A program made the translations under genes and the position numbers. The notes beneath the pieces were generated by a model. The model searched no databases and was not told the DNA's origin. It was given only the letters and a program-made list of their open reading frames with translations. Positions 19,211 through 29,568 of a stretch of 64,000 nt of DNA are shown here, in pieces (position 1 is the stretch's first letter; each line of letters begins with the position of its first letter). The DNA comes from an uncultured Chloroflexia bacterium (lineage in GTDB: Bacteria; Chloroflexota; Limnocylindria; QHBO01): the NCBI GenBank assembly GCA_963827475.1, contig CAWHAZ010000003.1:64001-128000 (forward strand), written 5' to 3'.

Positions 19211-19570
19211 ATGGCGACGCTTCTGTGGCTGGCGGTCGGGGTCCTCGTCGCGCTGTTGACCTGGGTCCTTGCCGCGAGCCTTCCCGTCCTGGCCGTCGTG
19301 GGGCCACTGGTCGTGCTGGCCTTGGTCATCGTCGGATTTCTGGTCCCGCGAGACGTGACCGCGGCCGGGGCGAAGGTCGGGATCGGCTTCGGGGCCACAT
19401 ATCTCGTCCTGTTCGGGCCGAACGTCCTCCGCGACCCGCTGTCCGCGACCGGGGCTGCCTACCTCCTGTTCGGGGGCGGTCTGCTCATCGGGACCCTGGG
19501 TCTGGCGGCCGTGGTGCGGAACCGCCTGCGGCGGAGGCGGGAGCGGGAAGCCGCAATCGCCCAGCTCTGA
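19211..19570 (+). CDS. Hypothetical small membrane protein (about 4 TM)
   Basis: Strongly hydrophobic 119-aa ORF with basic C-terminus, divergent from ppdK. Confidence 0.6.
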   Translation: MATLLWLAVGVLVALLTWVLAASLPVLAVVGPLVVLALVIVGFLVPRDVTAAGAKVGIGFGATYLVLFGPNVLRDPLSATGAAYLLFGGGLLIGTLGLAAVVRNRLRRRREREAAIAQL

Positions 19571-20291
19571 GCGCGGCGGCGAACAGCGGCCGCACGGCGG
19601 CCAGCATGCGGCCCCCCAGACCCGCTCGGGAGCGGTACAGGGCGCGGCCCTTGTCCACCACGCGGGCCGCGATGACCGCATCGTCGCCGCCCGCCAACGC
19701 CGCATAGCCGGCGAGCGCGGCGGGCTCGTCACCGGCCAGCCAGCGGGCATCCGCGAGCGCCTCGCGCGCCGATCCGGCGTCCGGCATCAGCGTCACCGCT
19801 CGCTCGGCGGCGTCCAGCGCCGGCGTCGCCTGCCCCGCCCGGAGCAGCGCGCGGGTGAGGGTCAGCTGGGCGGCGGCGTCGGCGGGATCGAGGCGCAGCG
19901 CCCGCCGGGCGGCCTCCATCGCCTCCTCGGACTCGGCCGCTGCCAGCCGCTCGACGGCCTCGGCGCGTGTCCATGCGGCCTGGCGAGGGTCGAGGCGAGC
20001 GAGGCGGGCGTACTCCTCGGCCGACTCGCGGTGGGCCCCGGTCGCGGATAGGACCTCGGCCAGCAGCTCGCGGTAGCGGACCTCGTCGGGGTCGAGGCGG
20101 ACCGCGGACTGGGCGTCGGTTTCCGCGTCGGCCAGGTGCCCAAGCGCGAGATGTGCGCGGGCGCGCAGCTCGTGGGCCGCGTCGTTGCCCGGCTGGTCGG
20201 CCAGGATGTCGCCGGCCTGCCGGATGACCGCTGCGTGGTCGCCGCGGTCCGCCGCCGCCGTCAGACCGGCGAAGGCGGAGCCATCGCTCAT
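19485..20291 (-). CDS. Tetratricopeptide-repeat protein
   Basis: Repeated A...A..LDP helical motifs ([21 protein letters not shown]); start overlaps the glyQS stop; 3' end overlaps the convergent gene. Confidence 0.75.
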   Translation of the reverse strand: MSDGSAFAGLTAAADRGDHAAVIRQAGDILADQPGNDAAHELRARAHLALGHLADAETDAQSAVRLDPDEVRYRELLAEVLSATGAHRESAEEYARLARLDPRQAAWTRAEAVERLAAAESEEAMEAARRALRLDPADAAAQLTLTRALLRAGQATPALDAAERAVTLMPDAGSAREALADARWLAGDEPAALAGYAALAGGDDAVIAARVVDKGRALYRSRAGLGGRMLAAVRPLFAAALRAGRLRLPAPASAAGGSAPRPPDPGSR

Positions 20292-21657
20292 TCGGAAGCC
20301 GGCGCGGGGGCGCTCCCCGTCCACGACGCCGTCCCGTCGACCAGCTCGGCGACGCGCGACGGGATGGCATCGAGGGCGACCCGCTCCTGGGTCATCGAGT
20401 CGCGCTCGCGGATGGTGGCCGCGCCATCGGTCAGCGACTCGACGTCCACGGTCACGCAGAACGGGGTCCCGATCTCATCCTGGCGGCGATAGAGCTTGCC
20501 GATGGACGCGGTGTCGTCGTACATGGCGGCCATCGTCGTGCTTGAGGTCGGCGGTCAGCTTGCGAGCTACGTCCACGAGCTCGGGGCGGTTGCGCAGGAG
20601 GGGAAGGACGGCGACCGCCACCGGTGCCAGCGCGGGACGGATGCGGAGCACGACCCGCTTCTCGCCCGCCACCTGCTCCTCGTCGTAGCCGTCGACGAGC
20701 ACCGTCAGCGTCGCCCGATCCACGCCCATCGGCCGGCTCGATGACGTAGGGCACGATGTGCTCGCCGGTGGCCTCGTCGAAGACGGTCAGGCTCTTGCCG
20801 GAGGCGGCCGCGTGGGCGATCAGGTCGAAGTTCGTCCGGTCGGCGATGCCCTCCAGCTCGGACCAGCCCATCGGGAACGCGTACTCGATGTCCGTGGTCT
20901 GCCGGCTGTAATGCGACAGCTCGTCCGCGTCGTGGGGGCGGAGACGGAGGCGTTCGGAGTTGATGCCCATGACATCGGTCCACCAGCGCAGGCGCTCGTC
21001 GACCCAGTAGGCGAACCATCGGTCTTCGTCGGCCGGTGGGACGAAGTACTCCATCTCCATCTGCTCGAACTCGCGGAGGCGGAAGATGAAGTTGCCGGGC
21101 GTGATCTCGTTCCGGAAGCTCTTGCCGATCTGGGCGATCCCGAACGGCGGCTTGCGCCGCATCGATGTGGCCACGTTGGCGAAGTTCACGAAGATGCCCT
21201 GCGCCGTCTCGGGCCGCAGGTAGGCGAGGCTGGCGTCCTCCTCGACCGGCCCGACGTGGGTCTGGAACATGAGGTTGAACTGGCGGGCCTCGGTCAGGGT
21301 CCCGCGCTGGCCGCAGTCCGGGCACGCGATCTCCGCTGGCGGCCCCTTGAGGTCGCTCTCGCGGAACCGATGCTTGCAGTTGCGGCAGTCGACCATCGGG
21401 TCGGAGAAGCCGGCCACGTGGCCGGACGCCTCCCACACCCGCGGGTTCATGATGATCGCCGCGTCCAGGCCTTCGATGTCGTCTCGAAGGCGGACCATGG
21501 ATCGCCACCAGGCGGCCTTGATGTTGTTCTTCAGCTCGACGCCGAGCGGCCCGTAGTCCCAGAACCCGCCGATCCCGCCGTAGATCTCGCTCCCGCCGAA
21601 GACGAAACCCCGCCGCTTGGCGAGGCTGGCCAGGACGTCGAGGTTGGGCGCCGGCAT
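20288..21657 (-). CDS. glyQS: Glycine--tRNA ligase, alpha2 type (two apparent frameshifts)
   Basis: [68 protein letters not shown]; frame changes near 20730 and 20535. Confidence 0.93.
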
Positions 21658-21668
21658 GGCAGGCGAGT

Positions 21669-22484
21669 CTAGCGCAGGACCGATGTCGCGCCGGCCGTCG
21701 GCGAGGTGACCGTCTCGATCCGGCTGACCTCGTCGAGGAAGTCGCGGGTGCGCAGCTCGCGCTCGAGCACGGCCGAAACCGTGGCGTGGAGGTGGCGCTC
21801 CACCTCGCGACCGACGGGCCGGGTCATGGCCACCCGCCCCGCCTCGTCAAGCCGGACGCGCTGGAAGTGGCGCATCGCCTTCAGGGCGGCGGTCGAGATC
21901 GCGGCCGCGGTCAGCGAGGCATGGTCGCACTCCGGACCGACCACCCCGCCCGCCACCGCGGCGTAGACGTTCCGGCCCGGCTCGACCTCCGCCCCGCACT
22001 CGATGCACGACCCGAGCTCCGGCCGATAGCCCATGGCCTCGAGCAGGTGCAGCTCGAAGCCGCGGGCAATCGCGTCCCGAGCGGGAATGGTCGGCGCGGC
22101 GTCGAGGGCGGCCAGGCCCTCGTTGAGCAGCTCGAAGGCGGCCGCGCTCTCGGCGCGCTCCTCGCAGAAGCGGTCCGCCAGCTCGGCGAGGTACCACGCG
22201 GCGGCCGTCGCGTGGAGGTCTGCCCGCAGGCCGAGGTGCGGGTCGAGGAGCTGCGACTGGGTGACGACGTCGAAGGTCCGACCGACGGCCAGCACGAGGT
22301 CGACCCGGCCCAGCGGCTCCAGGCCGCCGCCGATCCGCGACCGGGGACGGCGCACGCCCTTGGCGATGACCCGCAGCTTGCCGAGGTGCGGGGTGAGGAC
22401 GGTGAGCACCCGGTCGGCCTCGCCCAGGTCCAGGCCCCGGAGGACGATGGCCTCGGTCTTGTACAGGCGTGAGCGTGGGCTCAC
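21669..22484 (-). CDS. recO: DNA repair protein RecO
   Basis: [23 protein letters not shown]...[10 protein letters not shown]; CxxC zinc site; start GTG 22484. Confidence 0.93.
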   Translation of the reverse strand: MSPRSRLYKTEAIVLRGLDLGEADRVLTVLTPHLGKLRVIAKGVRRPRSRIGGGLEPLGRVDLVLAVGRTFDVVTQSQLLDPHLGLRADLHATAAAWYLAELADRFCEERAESAAAFELLNEGLAALDAAPTIPARDAIARGFELHLLEAMGYRPELGSCIECGAEVEPGRNVYAAVAGGVVGPECDHASLTAAAISTAALKAMRHFQRVRLDEAGRVAMTRPVGREVERHLHATVSAVLERELRTRDFLDEVSRIETVTSPTAGATSVLR

Positions 22485-22511
22485 GAGCAGCCGGTCGAGT
22501 ACGCTTCGGAC

Positions 22512-23552
22512 GTGAACACTCGGGTCGAGTTTAGCCAGCTCATCGCGGACGTCGAGGCCGAGATGCAGTCCATCCTCGATGAGCATCGCGGCCCGGCCCG
22601 ACCGATGTACGACATGCTCGCCTACCACCTTGGGCTGGACGGCACGGACGGTTCGAGCGGGAAACGGATCCGTCCCCTGCTCGGCCTCCTCGTCATTCGC
22701 GCCCTGGGCCGTGACTACCGACGTGCCCTCGCCGGGGCGGCGGCCGTCGAGCTGGGCCACAACTTCAGCCTCGTCCACGACGACATCCAGGACGGTGACC
22801 GCGAACGCCGGCACCGGGCCACGCTGTGGGCCCGCTACGGGGTCCCGCAGGCGATCAACGCCGGCGACGCCCTGTTCGCCCTGTCCCGTCTCGCCCTGTA
22901 CCGCCTGAGCGCCGACGAGGACGACCCCGACGCACCCGAGCCTCGGCAGGTCATCGAGCTGATGCGGATCTATGACCAGACCTGCCTGTCGCTGTGCGAG
23001 GGCCAGTTCCTCGACATCAGCTTCGAGGCTCGCCTCGACGTGACCGTGGACGAGTACCTGCAGATGATCGAGCTGAAGACCGCGGCACTGATGGCGGCCG
23101 GCGTCGAGGCGGCGGCCATGCTCGCGTCCCATGATCCCGAGGTGGTCGGGCGCTTCCGTCGCTTCGGCGACCGGCTGGGTCTCGCGTTCCAGATGGCCGA
23201 CGACGTGAAGGGCGCGTTCTGGGACGAATCCGCCTCGGGCAAGGACGTGGCCGGCGACCTGCGGCGCCGGAAGAAGACGATGCCGGTCATCTGGGCCCTG
23301 AACCACGCGGCGGAGGCGGACCAGGCCCGGCTGCGCGAGCTGTTCGCCCAGCCACAGGATGGGCTCCAGCTGACCGATGCCGAGGTGGCGGAGGCGGCCG
23401 CCATCCTGGATCGATCCGGCGCGCGGGAGACGACCCTCCGGGAGGCCCGGCGCTACCGGGACGAGGCGCTGGCGGAGCTCGGGGATCTGCCGCTCGACAC
23501 GGCCGCGCGGGCCGAGCTCGAGCTATTCGTGGCGGGCGCGATCGCGGCCTAG
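22512..23552 (+). CDS. Polyprenyl (geranylgeranyl) diphosphate synthase
   Basis: [48 protein letters not shown]. Confidence 0.93.
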   Translation: MNTRVEFSQLIADVEAEMQSILDEHRGPARPMYDMLAYHLGLDGTDGSSGKRIRPLLGLLVIRALGRDYRRALAGAAAVELGHNFSLVHDDIQDGDRERRHRATLWARYGVPQAINAGDALFALSRLALYRLSADEDDPDAPEPRQVIELMRIYDQTCLSLCEGQFLDISFEARLDVTVDEYLQMIELKTAALMAAGVEAAAMLASHDPEVVGRFRRFGDRLGLAFQMADDVKGAFWDESASGKDVAGDLRRRKKTMPVIWALNHAAEADQARLRELFAQPQDGLQLTDAEVAEAAAILDRSGARETTLREARRYRDEALAELGDLPLDTAARAELELFVAGAIAA

Positions 23553-24922
23553 TCTTCCGCCTCGCGGCCGTTCGGGACCTGGACCGCCATCACCTTCGAC
23601 ACGCGCCGGGAGTCGGCGGCCAGGACGCGGAGCGTGACGTCGCGGTACTCGACCTCGGTCCCGACCAGGGGGATCCGGCCCACCCGGTGGATGATCAGCC
23701 CGCCGAGGGTGTCGTACGACTCCTCGTCGGGCTCCTCCAGGTCGCTGAGCTCGAACAGGTCCCGGAAGTCGTCCATCGTGACCCGACCGTCGAGCCGGAA
23801 GGCGCGGCGGTCGCCATCGGTCTCCACCGTCTCGACGAGGCTTTCCTCGATGTCGTACTCGTCCTGGATCTCGCCCACGATCTCCTCGACCAGGTCCTCG
23901 ATCGTGACCAGGCCGGCGGTCCCGCCGTACTCGTCCACGACGATGGCGATGTGGCGCCGGGCCGAACGCATCTCGGTCAGCATCTCGTCCACGCGTTTCG
24001 TTTCGGGCACGTACGCGGCGGGCCGGGCGAGGGATCGGATCTCGAGCGGCTCGCGCTGCTCGGCCGCCGGGAGCAGGTACGGCAGCATGTCCTTGGCGTA
24101 CAGGATGCCGACGATGTTGTCGAGGTTCTCGCGGTAGACCGGCACCCGCGAGTGGCCGGCTCGGACGATGAGGTCCAGGACCTCCTCGATCGGATCCTCG
24201 ACCTCGACCGCCTTGATCCCGATGCGAGGAATCATGACCTCGTGGATCTGCTTGTCGCCGAGCTCGATGACGCCGTGGATCATCTCCTTCTCGGCTTCCT
24301 CGATCTGGCCCTGGGCCGAACCGGTTTCCACCAGGAGCTTCAGCTCCTCCACCGACAGGAGCCCGGTCTGCGGGCGTTCCCGCCCACCAAAGAGTCGGAC
24401 GAGGAAGCCGCTGATCGTGGTCGTCAACCACACCAGCGGGGCCAGGAAGCGCTCCATGACGCTCAGCGGACGCGCGGCGAGGAGCGAGAAGCGCTCCGGG
24501 AAGTTCAGAGCCAGCGTCTTCGGAACCAGCTCCCCGACGATGATCGAGGTCAGCGCGATGAGCAGCGTGACGAAGATGAACGCGATCGACTCGGCCGCAT
24601 CCTGGATCGGCGCCCACGGGATGGCAGCGACCGCATCGGCGATGACCGCGCTGAACGCGATCGCGCCGATGGCCGACGCGAGGAAGCCGAGGAACGTGAT
24701 CGCGACCTGGATGGTGGCGAGGAAGCGCTGCGGATCGTCGACCAGGCGGGCCGCGGTCCGCGCGCCGCGGCGGCCCTCGTCGGCGAGCTGGTCAAGGCGC
24801 GTGCGGCGGACGGTAAGCAGGGCGATCTCGGCCGCGGCGAACACCCCGCCGATCAGGATCAGGACCAGGACGATGAGCAGGTCAATCCATGGGTTGCCGG
24901 TCCCGGCCGCGCCCTCAGGCAT
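23549..24922 (-). CDS. Hemolysin/CNNM-family transporter (DUF21-CBS-CBS-CorC)
   Basis: FAAAEIAL, FLATIQVAIT, GELVPK, HSRVPVY, VVDEYGGTAGLVTIEDLVEEIVGEIQDEYD. Confidence 0.93.
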   Translation of the reverse strand: MPEGAAGTGNPWIDLLIVLVLILIGGVFAAAEIALLTVRRTRLDQLADEGRRGARTAARLVDDPQRFLATIQVAITFLGFLASAIGAIAFSAVIADAVAAIPWAPIQDAAESIAFIFVTLLIALTSIIVGELVPKTLALNFPERFSLLAARPLSVMERFLAPLVWLTTTISGFLVRLFGGRERPQTGLLSVEELKLLVETGSAQGQIEEAEKEMIHGVIELGDKQIHEVMIPRIGIKAVEVEDPIEEVLDLIVRAGHSRVPVYRENLDNIVGILYAKDMLPYLLPAAEQREPLEIRSLARPAAYVPETKRVDEMLTEMRSARRHIAIVVDEYGGTAGLVTIEDLVEEIVGEIQDEYDIEESLVETVETDGDRRAFRLDGRVTMDDFRDLFELSDLEEPDEESYDTLGGLIIHRVGRIPLVGTEVEYRDVTLRVLAADSRRVSKVMAVQVPNGREAED

Positions 24923-26294
24923 CCGGAGGGTCACCCTCCCGTCGTCCCCGCCGCATCTCGATCGGCCGGGCAGGAACGCCGACCACCGTCTTGCCCGGCG
25001 CCACGTCGCGGGTGACGACGCTGCCGGCGCCGGTCTTCGCCCCGGGCCCGACGGTCACCGGGGCGCGCAGCATGGTGTCGACACCGATGAACGCGCCGTC
25101 GCCGATGACCGTCTCGTGCTTGGTCGTCCCGTCGAAGTTGGCGGTCACGGTGCCGGCCCCGATGTTCACGTCATCGCCGACCTGGGCGTCACCCAGGTAG
25201 CTGAAGTGGTGCTGCCGCACCCGCGCCCCGAGCCGGCTCTTCTTGACCTCCGCGTAGTTCCCGATCTCGGAGCCGGCACCGACCACGCTTCCCGGGCGGA
25301 GGTGGCTCATCGGTCCGACGTGGGCGTCCTCGCCCACCTCCGACTCCTCGACCCAGGAGCCGTACACGTGGGCCCGAGCGTCGATCCGACTGTCCCGAAT
25401 CCGGCTGCCCGGACCGATGACAGCCTCGGGACCGATGACCGTGCGCCCGCTGAGCACCGTCCAGGGCTCGATCCGCGCGTCCTGGCCGATCTCGACCGCG
25501 GAGTCGATGAACGTGCTCGCGGGGTCGACGATGGTGACCCCGGCCCGCATATGGTCCTCCGCAATGCGCGCTCGGAGCAGGCGATCCGCGGCGGCAAGCT
25601 GGACCCGATCGTTGATGCCCATGGCCAGCTCGGGGCGGGGCGCGGTCACCACCCGGACGACCTGTCCCTCGCCGGTCGCCAGGCCAACCAGGTCCGTCAG
25701 GTAGTACTCCCCGGACGGGCTGACCGGGACGCGAGCAACGTGGGAGCGCAGCCACGCCCCGTCGAAGCAGTAGGTTCCCGCGTTCACCTCGTCCAGGGCG
25801 CGGGTCGCGGAATCGGCGTCCGCTTCCTCGACGATCGCCTGGCAGCTGTCGTCGGGGGCCCGCACGATGCGCCCGTAGCCGGAGGGGTCCTGGAGCCGGG
25901 CGGAGAGCAGCACGATCGGGGCATCGGCCCGCGTCTGCTCGTCAACGAGCGCGCGAACCAGCTCCGGCGGCAGGAGCGGAACGTCGGCCATGGTCACCAG
26001 GACCTGGTGCACGGCCTCGGGGATGGCGGACAGCCCGACGCGCACCGCGTCGGCGGTGCCCCGCTGCGGCTCCTGGCGGACGGCCACCACGGCCGTGCTG
26101 TCCAGCGCGGGCTCCACCGCTTCGGCTTCGTGGCCGGTGACGACCACGATGGGGCTCGCCTCGAGGTCGGCGAGCAGGCCGAGCACATGGTGAATGAGAG
26201 GACGGCCGGCCAGCGGGTGGAGGACCTTGGGGAGCCGCGACCGCATCCGCGTCCCCTGGCCCGCGGCCAGCACGATGGCGGCGAGGCTGGGCAT
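24915..26294 (-). CDS. glmU: Bifunctional UDP-GlcNAc pyrophosphorylase / GlcN-1-P acetyltransferase
   Basis: LAAGQGTRMRSRLPKVLH, GYGRIVR, EYYLTD, hexapeptide repeats, NIGAGTVTANFDG. Confidence 0.96.
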   Translation of the reverse strand: MPSLAAIVLAAGQGTRMRSRLPKVLHPLAGRPLIHHVLGLLADLEASPIVVVTGHEAEAVEPALDSTAVVAVRQEPQRGTADAVRVGLSAIPEAVHQVLVTMADVPLLPPELVRALVDEQTRADAPIVLLSARLQDPSGYGRIVRAPDDSCQAIVEEADADSATRALDEVNAGTYCFDGAWLRSHVARVPVSPSGEYYLTDLVGLATGEGQVVRVVTAPRPELAMGINDRVQLAAADRLLRARIAEDHMRAGVTIVDPASTFIDSAVEIGQDARIEPWTVLSGRTVIGPEAVIGPGSRIRDSRIDARAHVYGSWVEESEVGEDAHVGPMSHLRPGSVVGAGSEIGNYAEVKKSRLGARVRQHHFSYLGDAQVGDDVNIGAGTVTANFDGTTKHETVIGDGAFIGVDTMLRAPVTVGPGAKTGAGSVVTRDVAPGKTVVGVPARPIEMRRGRREGDPPDA

Positions 26295-26331
26295 CAGAGG
26301 CGAGGATGGTAGGAGCGGGCTCGAACGAGCG

Positions 26332-26733
26332 TCAACTTGCGCCGGCTTCCTCCACGAGCGCCACGCACTCGATCTCGACCCGTCCGTCGCGGGGGAGGGC
26401 GCGGACCGCCACCGTCGTCCGCGCCGGATATGGCTCCGGGAACGCGGCCGCGTAGGCCTCGTTCATGGCCGCGAAGTCGGCCATGTCGACCAGGAACACG
26501 GTCGTTTTCAGGACACGGTCCAGGCTCGAGCCGGCCGCGTCGAGGATGGCCGACAGGTTGGCGACGGCGCGTGCGGTCTGCGGGCCCGCCCCGCCGGGGA
26601 CAAGCTCCCCGGTCGTCGGGTCGACCCCCAGGTTGCCGGCGGTGTACACCAGCCCGGCGCCGGCCATGCCCTGGCTGTAGGCGGCAATGGCGCCGCCCGC
26701 ACTCTCGGTGCGGATCGCGTGCCGAGTGCTCAC
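26332..26733 (-). CDS. ridA: RidA-family reactive intermediate deaminase
   Basis: YSQG, VLKTTVFLVDMADFAAMNEAY..F..PYPARTTV.V..LP....VEIE. Confidence 0.92.
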   Translation of the reverse strand: MSTRHAIRTESAGGAIAAYSQGMAGAGLVYTAGNLGVDPTTGELVPGGAGPQTARAVANLSAILDAAGSSLDRVLKTTVFLVDMADFAAMNEAYAAAFPEPYPARTTVAVRALPRDGRVEIECVALVEEAGAS

Positions 26734-26740
26734 GGCTGGC

Positions 26741-27611
26741 TCACCACGGCTCGATGCTAGCCGGTTCGGCTCTCAGGTGAGTGCGGGTTGCCGCCAGCCC
26801 GGCCCGCTCGACGCGGCGCGCCACGCCGTCTGCCCGTTCCGGGTCGTCGGTCAGCACGAACACGGTCGGGCCCGATCCGGTCAGGTGAGGCGCTCCCCCC
26901 GCCGCGGCCACCAACCGGAAGATGTCGTCGAGCTCAGGCCTCAGGCGGGATGCGGCCGGGAGCAGGTCGTTGCGCCCCGGGGCAGTCTCGGGCGCTTCCT
27001 GCGCGGTCGACCAGTCCGCAGGCCGCAGCTCGGCGAAGACCGATGCGGTTGACAGCCCGAACGGTGCGTGGACCAGCACGACCTCCTCGCCCGCGGGGAC
27101 CTCCGCCCTGGGCTGCACGAACTCACCGACGCCGCCGATCCGGGCCGCGGCTGCCTGGGCCGCAAAGAACGGAATGTCGGCCCCGATCCCGGCAAGAAGG
27201 CTCAGGGCCTCCGGGTCGGGCGGATCATCTGCCGCGCCTTGCGTCCGCCGTGCCAGGCGCCAGGCCGCGGCCGCGTCCGACGAGCCGCCGCCGAGCCCGG
27301 CCGCGACCGGGATCTGCTTGTCCACGGAGAGGCTGCCGGCGCCGGTTTCGGTCGACCGCCTCCGTGCCCAGGCCCGAGATCCAGCCACGCCAGGCCAGGT
27401 TCGTGCGGTCCTCGGCAACGTCCGCGGCGTGCGGACCGCTGACCTCCAGCTCCGGGCCGTCCGGCCCCACGCGCACGACATCGGCCAGCTTGAGGAGCAC
27501 CAGCAGCGACTCGAGCTCGTGGAAGCCATCCGGCCGACGCCCGACCACGCGCAGCCACAGGTTCAGCTTCGCCGGGGCTGCGAGTCGCCACCGCCCTACG
27601 CGATCAGGCAC
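26741..27611 (-). CDS. ispE: 4-diphosphocytidyl-2-C-methyl-D-erythritol kinase (frameshifted)
   Basis: APAKLNLWLRV..RRPDGFHELES in one frame; KQIPVAAGLGGGSSDAAA, GADIPFF and LTGSGPTVF in another; shift near 27350. Confidence 0.9.
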
Positions 27612-28482
27612 CGTTTTGCTCCAGGAATGGCTTCAGGGTCGCTGCCAGGCACGCCCATTCGGCCACGGACAACGTCTGCGGCCGACGGTCGGGCGTCACC
27701 GCGCAGCCGGCCAGGGCCCCGCCCACCGTGTCCCGGTCGACCGGCAGCTCGCGGACGAGGCTGTTGTGGATCTGCTTTCGCCGCTGCCGGAATGCGGCCT
27801 GCACCACGCGATGGAACGTCTCGCGCTCCTCGGCCGGCACTACGGGCGACGGGCGAACCATCAGCCGCAGGATCGCGGAGTCGACCTCCGGCGCCGGTTC
27901 GAAGGCGCCGGCCGGGACGCGAGCCACGACCTCTGCCTCCGCAAGGTCCTGGACGAACACGGACAGGTAGCTCATGCCCCCCGGCGTCGAGGCAATGCGG
28001 TCTGCGACCTCCGCCTGGACGAGCAGCACCGCCCGCACCGGGGGGTGGTCGGCACCGAGGAACTGGTGCAGCAGCGGGCTGGTGATGTGGTACGGGATGT
28101 TCGCCACCAGGGCGTATGGCTCGCCCGGGAACAACGTGGCCGGATCGATGGACAGCGCGTCGGCGTGGAGCAGGGTCAGGTCGTCGGCGTCGTCGAGCTC
28201 GCGGCGCAGGTAGCCGATCAGGTGCGGGTCGACCTCGATCGCTGTCACCGCACAGCCGGCGGCCAGCAGCCGCCGGGTCAGGACGCCAAGCCCGGGGCCG
28301 ATCTCCACCACACGGTCGCCGGAGCGCAGGTCGGCGGCGGCCACGATCGTGTCCAGTGCCTCCGCATCGGTCAGGAAGTTCTGGCTGAGGCCGTGCCGCG
28401 GACGCAGCCCCTCCTCGCGCAGCAGCCGCCGCAGCTCCCCGGGAGTGGGCGGCCGCAGCGGGTCGTCGGCGCCTCCTCCCAT
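27604..28482 (-). CDS. rsmA: 16S rRNA m6,2A dimethyltransferase
   Basis: LSQNFL, VVEIGPGLGVLT, VANIPYHITSP, F.PAPEVDSA, AAFRQRRK. Confidence 0.95.
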   Translation of the reverse strand: MGGGADDPLRPPTPGELRRLLREEGLRPRHGLSQNFLTDAEALDTIVAAADLRSGDRVVEIGPGLGVLTRRLLAAGCAVTAIEVDPHLIGYLRRELDDADDLTLLHADALSIDPATLFPGEPYALVANIPYHITSPLLHQFLGADHPPVRAVLLVQAEVADRIASTPGGMSYLSVFVQDLAEAEVVARVPAGAFEPAPEVDSAILRLMVRPSPVVPAEERETFHRVVQAAFRQRRKQIHNSLVRELPVDRDTVGGALAGCAVTPDRRPQTLSVAEWACLAATLKPFLEQNGA

Positions 28483-29568
28483 CAGGCTCCGTCCTGCCAG
28501 GGCAGGGCGAGGGAGGGCACGGCCTCCAGCTCCGGGCCGGCTCGCGCTCCGGCGGCGAAGCGGTGGGCCGCCGCCGCGCCGATCATCGCCCCGTTGTCGG
28601 TGCACCAGGCGGGTGGCGGGACCAGCAGGGGCAGCCCGCCGAGACGGTCCGCCAGCGTGCGCCGCAGGGCGCGGTTGGCCGCCACCCCGCCGCCGAGGGC
28701 CACCGCGGCCACGTCGTGCTCGCCGGCGGCCGCCACCGTTCGGCGCACGAGCTGGTCGACCACCGCGCGCTCGAACGCGGCGGCGATGCCGTCGACCGGG
28801 ATCGGCTCGCCCCGTGATCGATATCCCTCCACCTCGCGCAGGACGGCGGTCTTCAGGCCGGAGAACGAGAAGTCGTAGCGACCTCGCGTCCGCGCCAGCG
28901 GAAAGCGCGTCGCGGGGGCAGCTCCCTCGGCGGCGGCCGAGATGGCCGGTCCCCCGGGATACGCCAGCCCGAGCAGGCGCCCGACCTTGTCGAACGCCTC
29001 TCCGGCCGCGTCATCCACCGTCTGACCGAGCAGTCGGTACTGGCCGTGATCGGCCATCAGCACCAGCTGGGTGTGGCCCCCGGACACGACCAGGCACAGC
29101 AGGGGAAAGGGCGGCTCCGGCGGCTCGGGCAGGGAGTGGCCGGCTTCGGTTCCCCCGCCATTCGGTCGTTCCGCCATCGGTCGTTCCGCCATCGGTCAGC
29201 CAATTGGCGTAGATGTGCCCCTCGATGTGGTTGACCGGGACCAGGGGGAGGTCGTGGCTGGCCGCCAGGCCCTTGCCCACGTTGACCCCCACCAGCAGCG
29301 AACCGATGAGCCCGGGCCCGTAGGTGACCGCAATGGCGTCGAGGTCGGTCCAGTCGACCTCGGCCTCGCGCAGGGCGGCCTCCAGGCTCGGCACGATCCA
29401 GCGCAGCTGCTGGCGGGCCGCGACCTCTGGAACGATGCCGCCCGTCGTCGCATGCAGCGCGACCTGGCTGGCGACGACGTTGGCCTCGATCCGGCGACCA
29501 CCGGTCACCACCGCCACGCCGGTCTCGTCGCAGCTGGTCTCGATGGCCAGGATGCGCGGGCCGCTCAC
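28482..29568 (-). CDS. tsaD: tRNA t6A transferase TsaD (single-base frameshift)
   Basis: ILAIETSCDET, GGIVPEVAAR, NHIEGH; then VSGGHT, DDAAGEAFDK, FSFSGLKTAV, CTDNGAMI; one extra base near 29161. Confidence 0.94.
29155..29197. repeat. 15-bp tandem repeat (about 2.7 copies) in the TsaD linker
   Basis: ccgcca(t)tcggtcgtt ccgccatcggtcgtt ccgccatcggtc, encoding TDGGT repeats. Confidence 0.85.

Noticed and set aside
20530-20735. Programmed frameshifting or split glyQS (both shifts fall just before an ATG)
   Set aside because: No slippery heptamer or stimulatory structure; the breaks cut conserved domains; similar indels elsewhere point to sequence error.
22485-23306. 545-aa RecO with long N-terminal extension
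   Set aside because: The extension is antisense to the prenyl synthase; RecO homology begins at GTG 22484.
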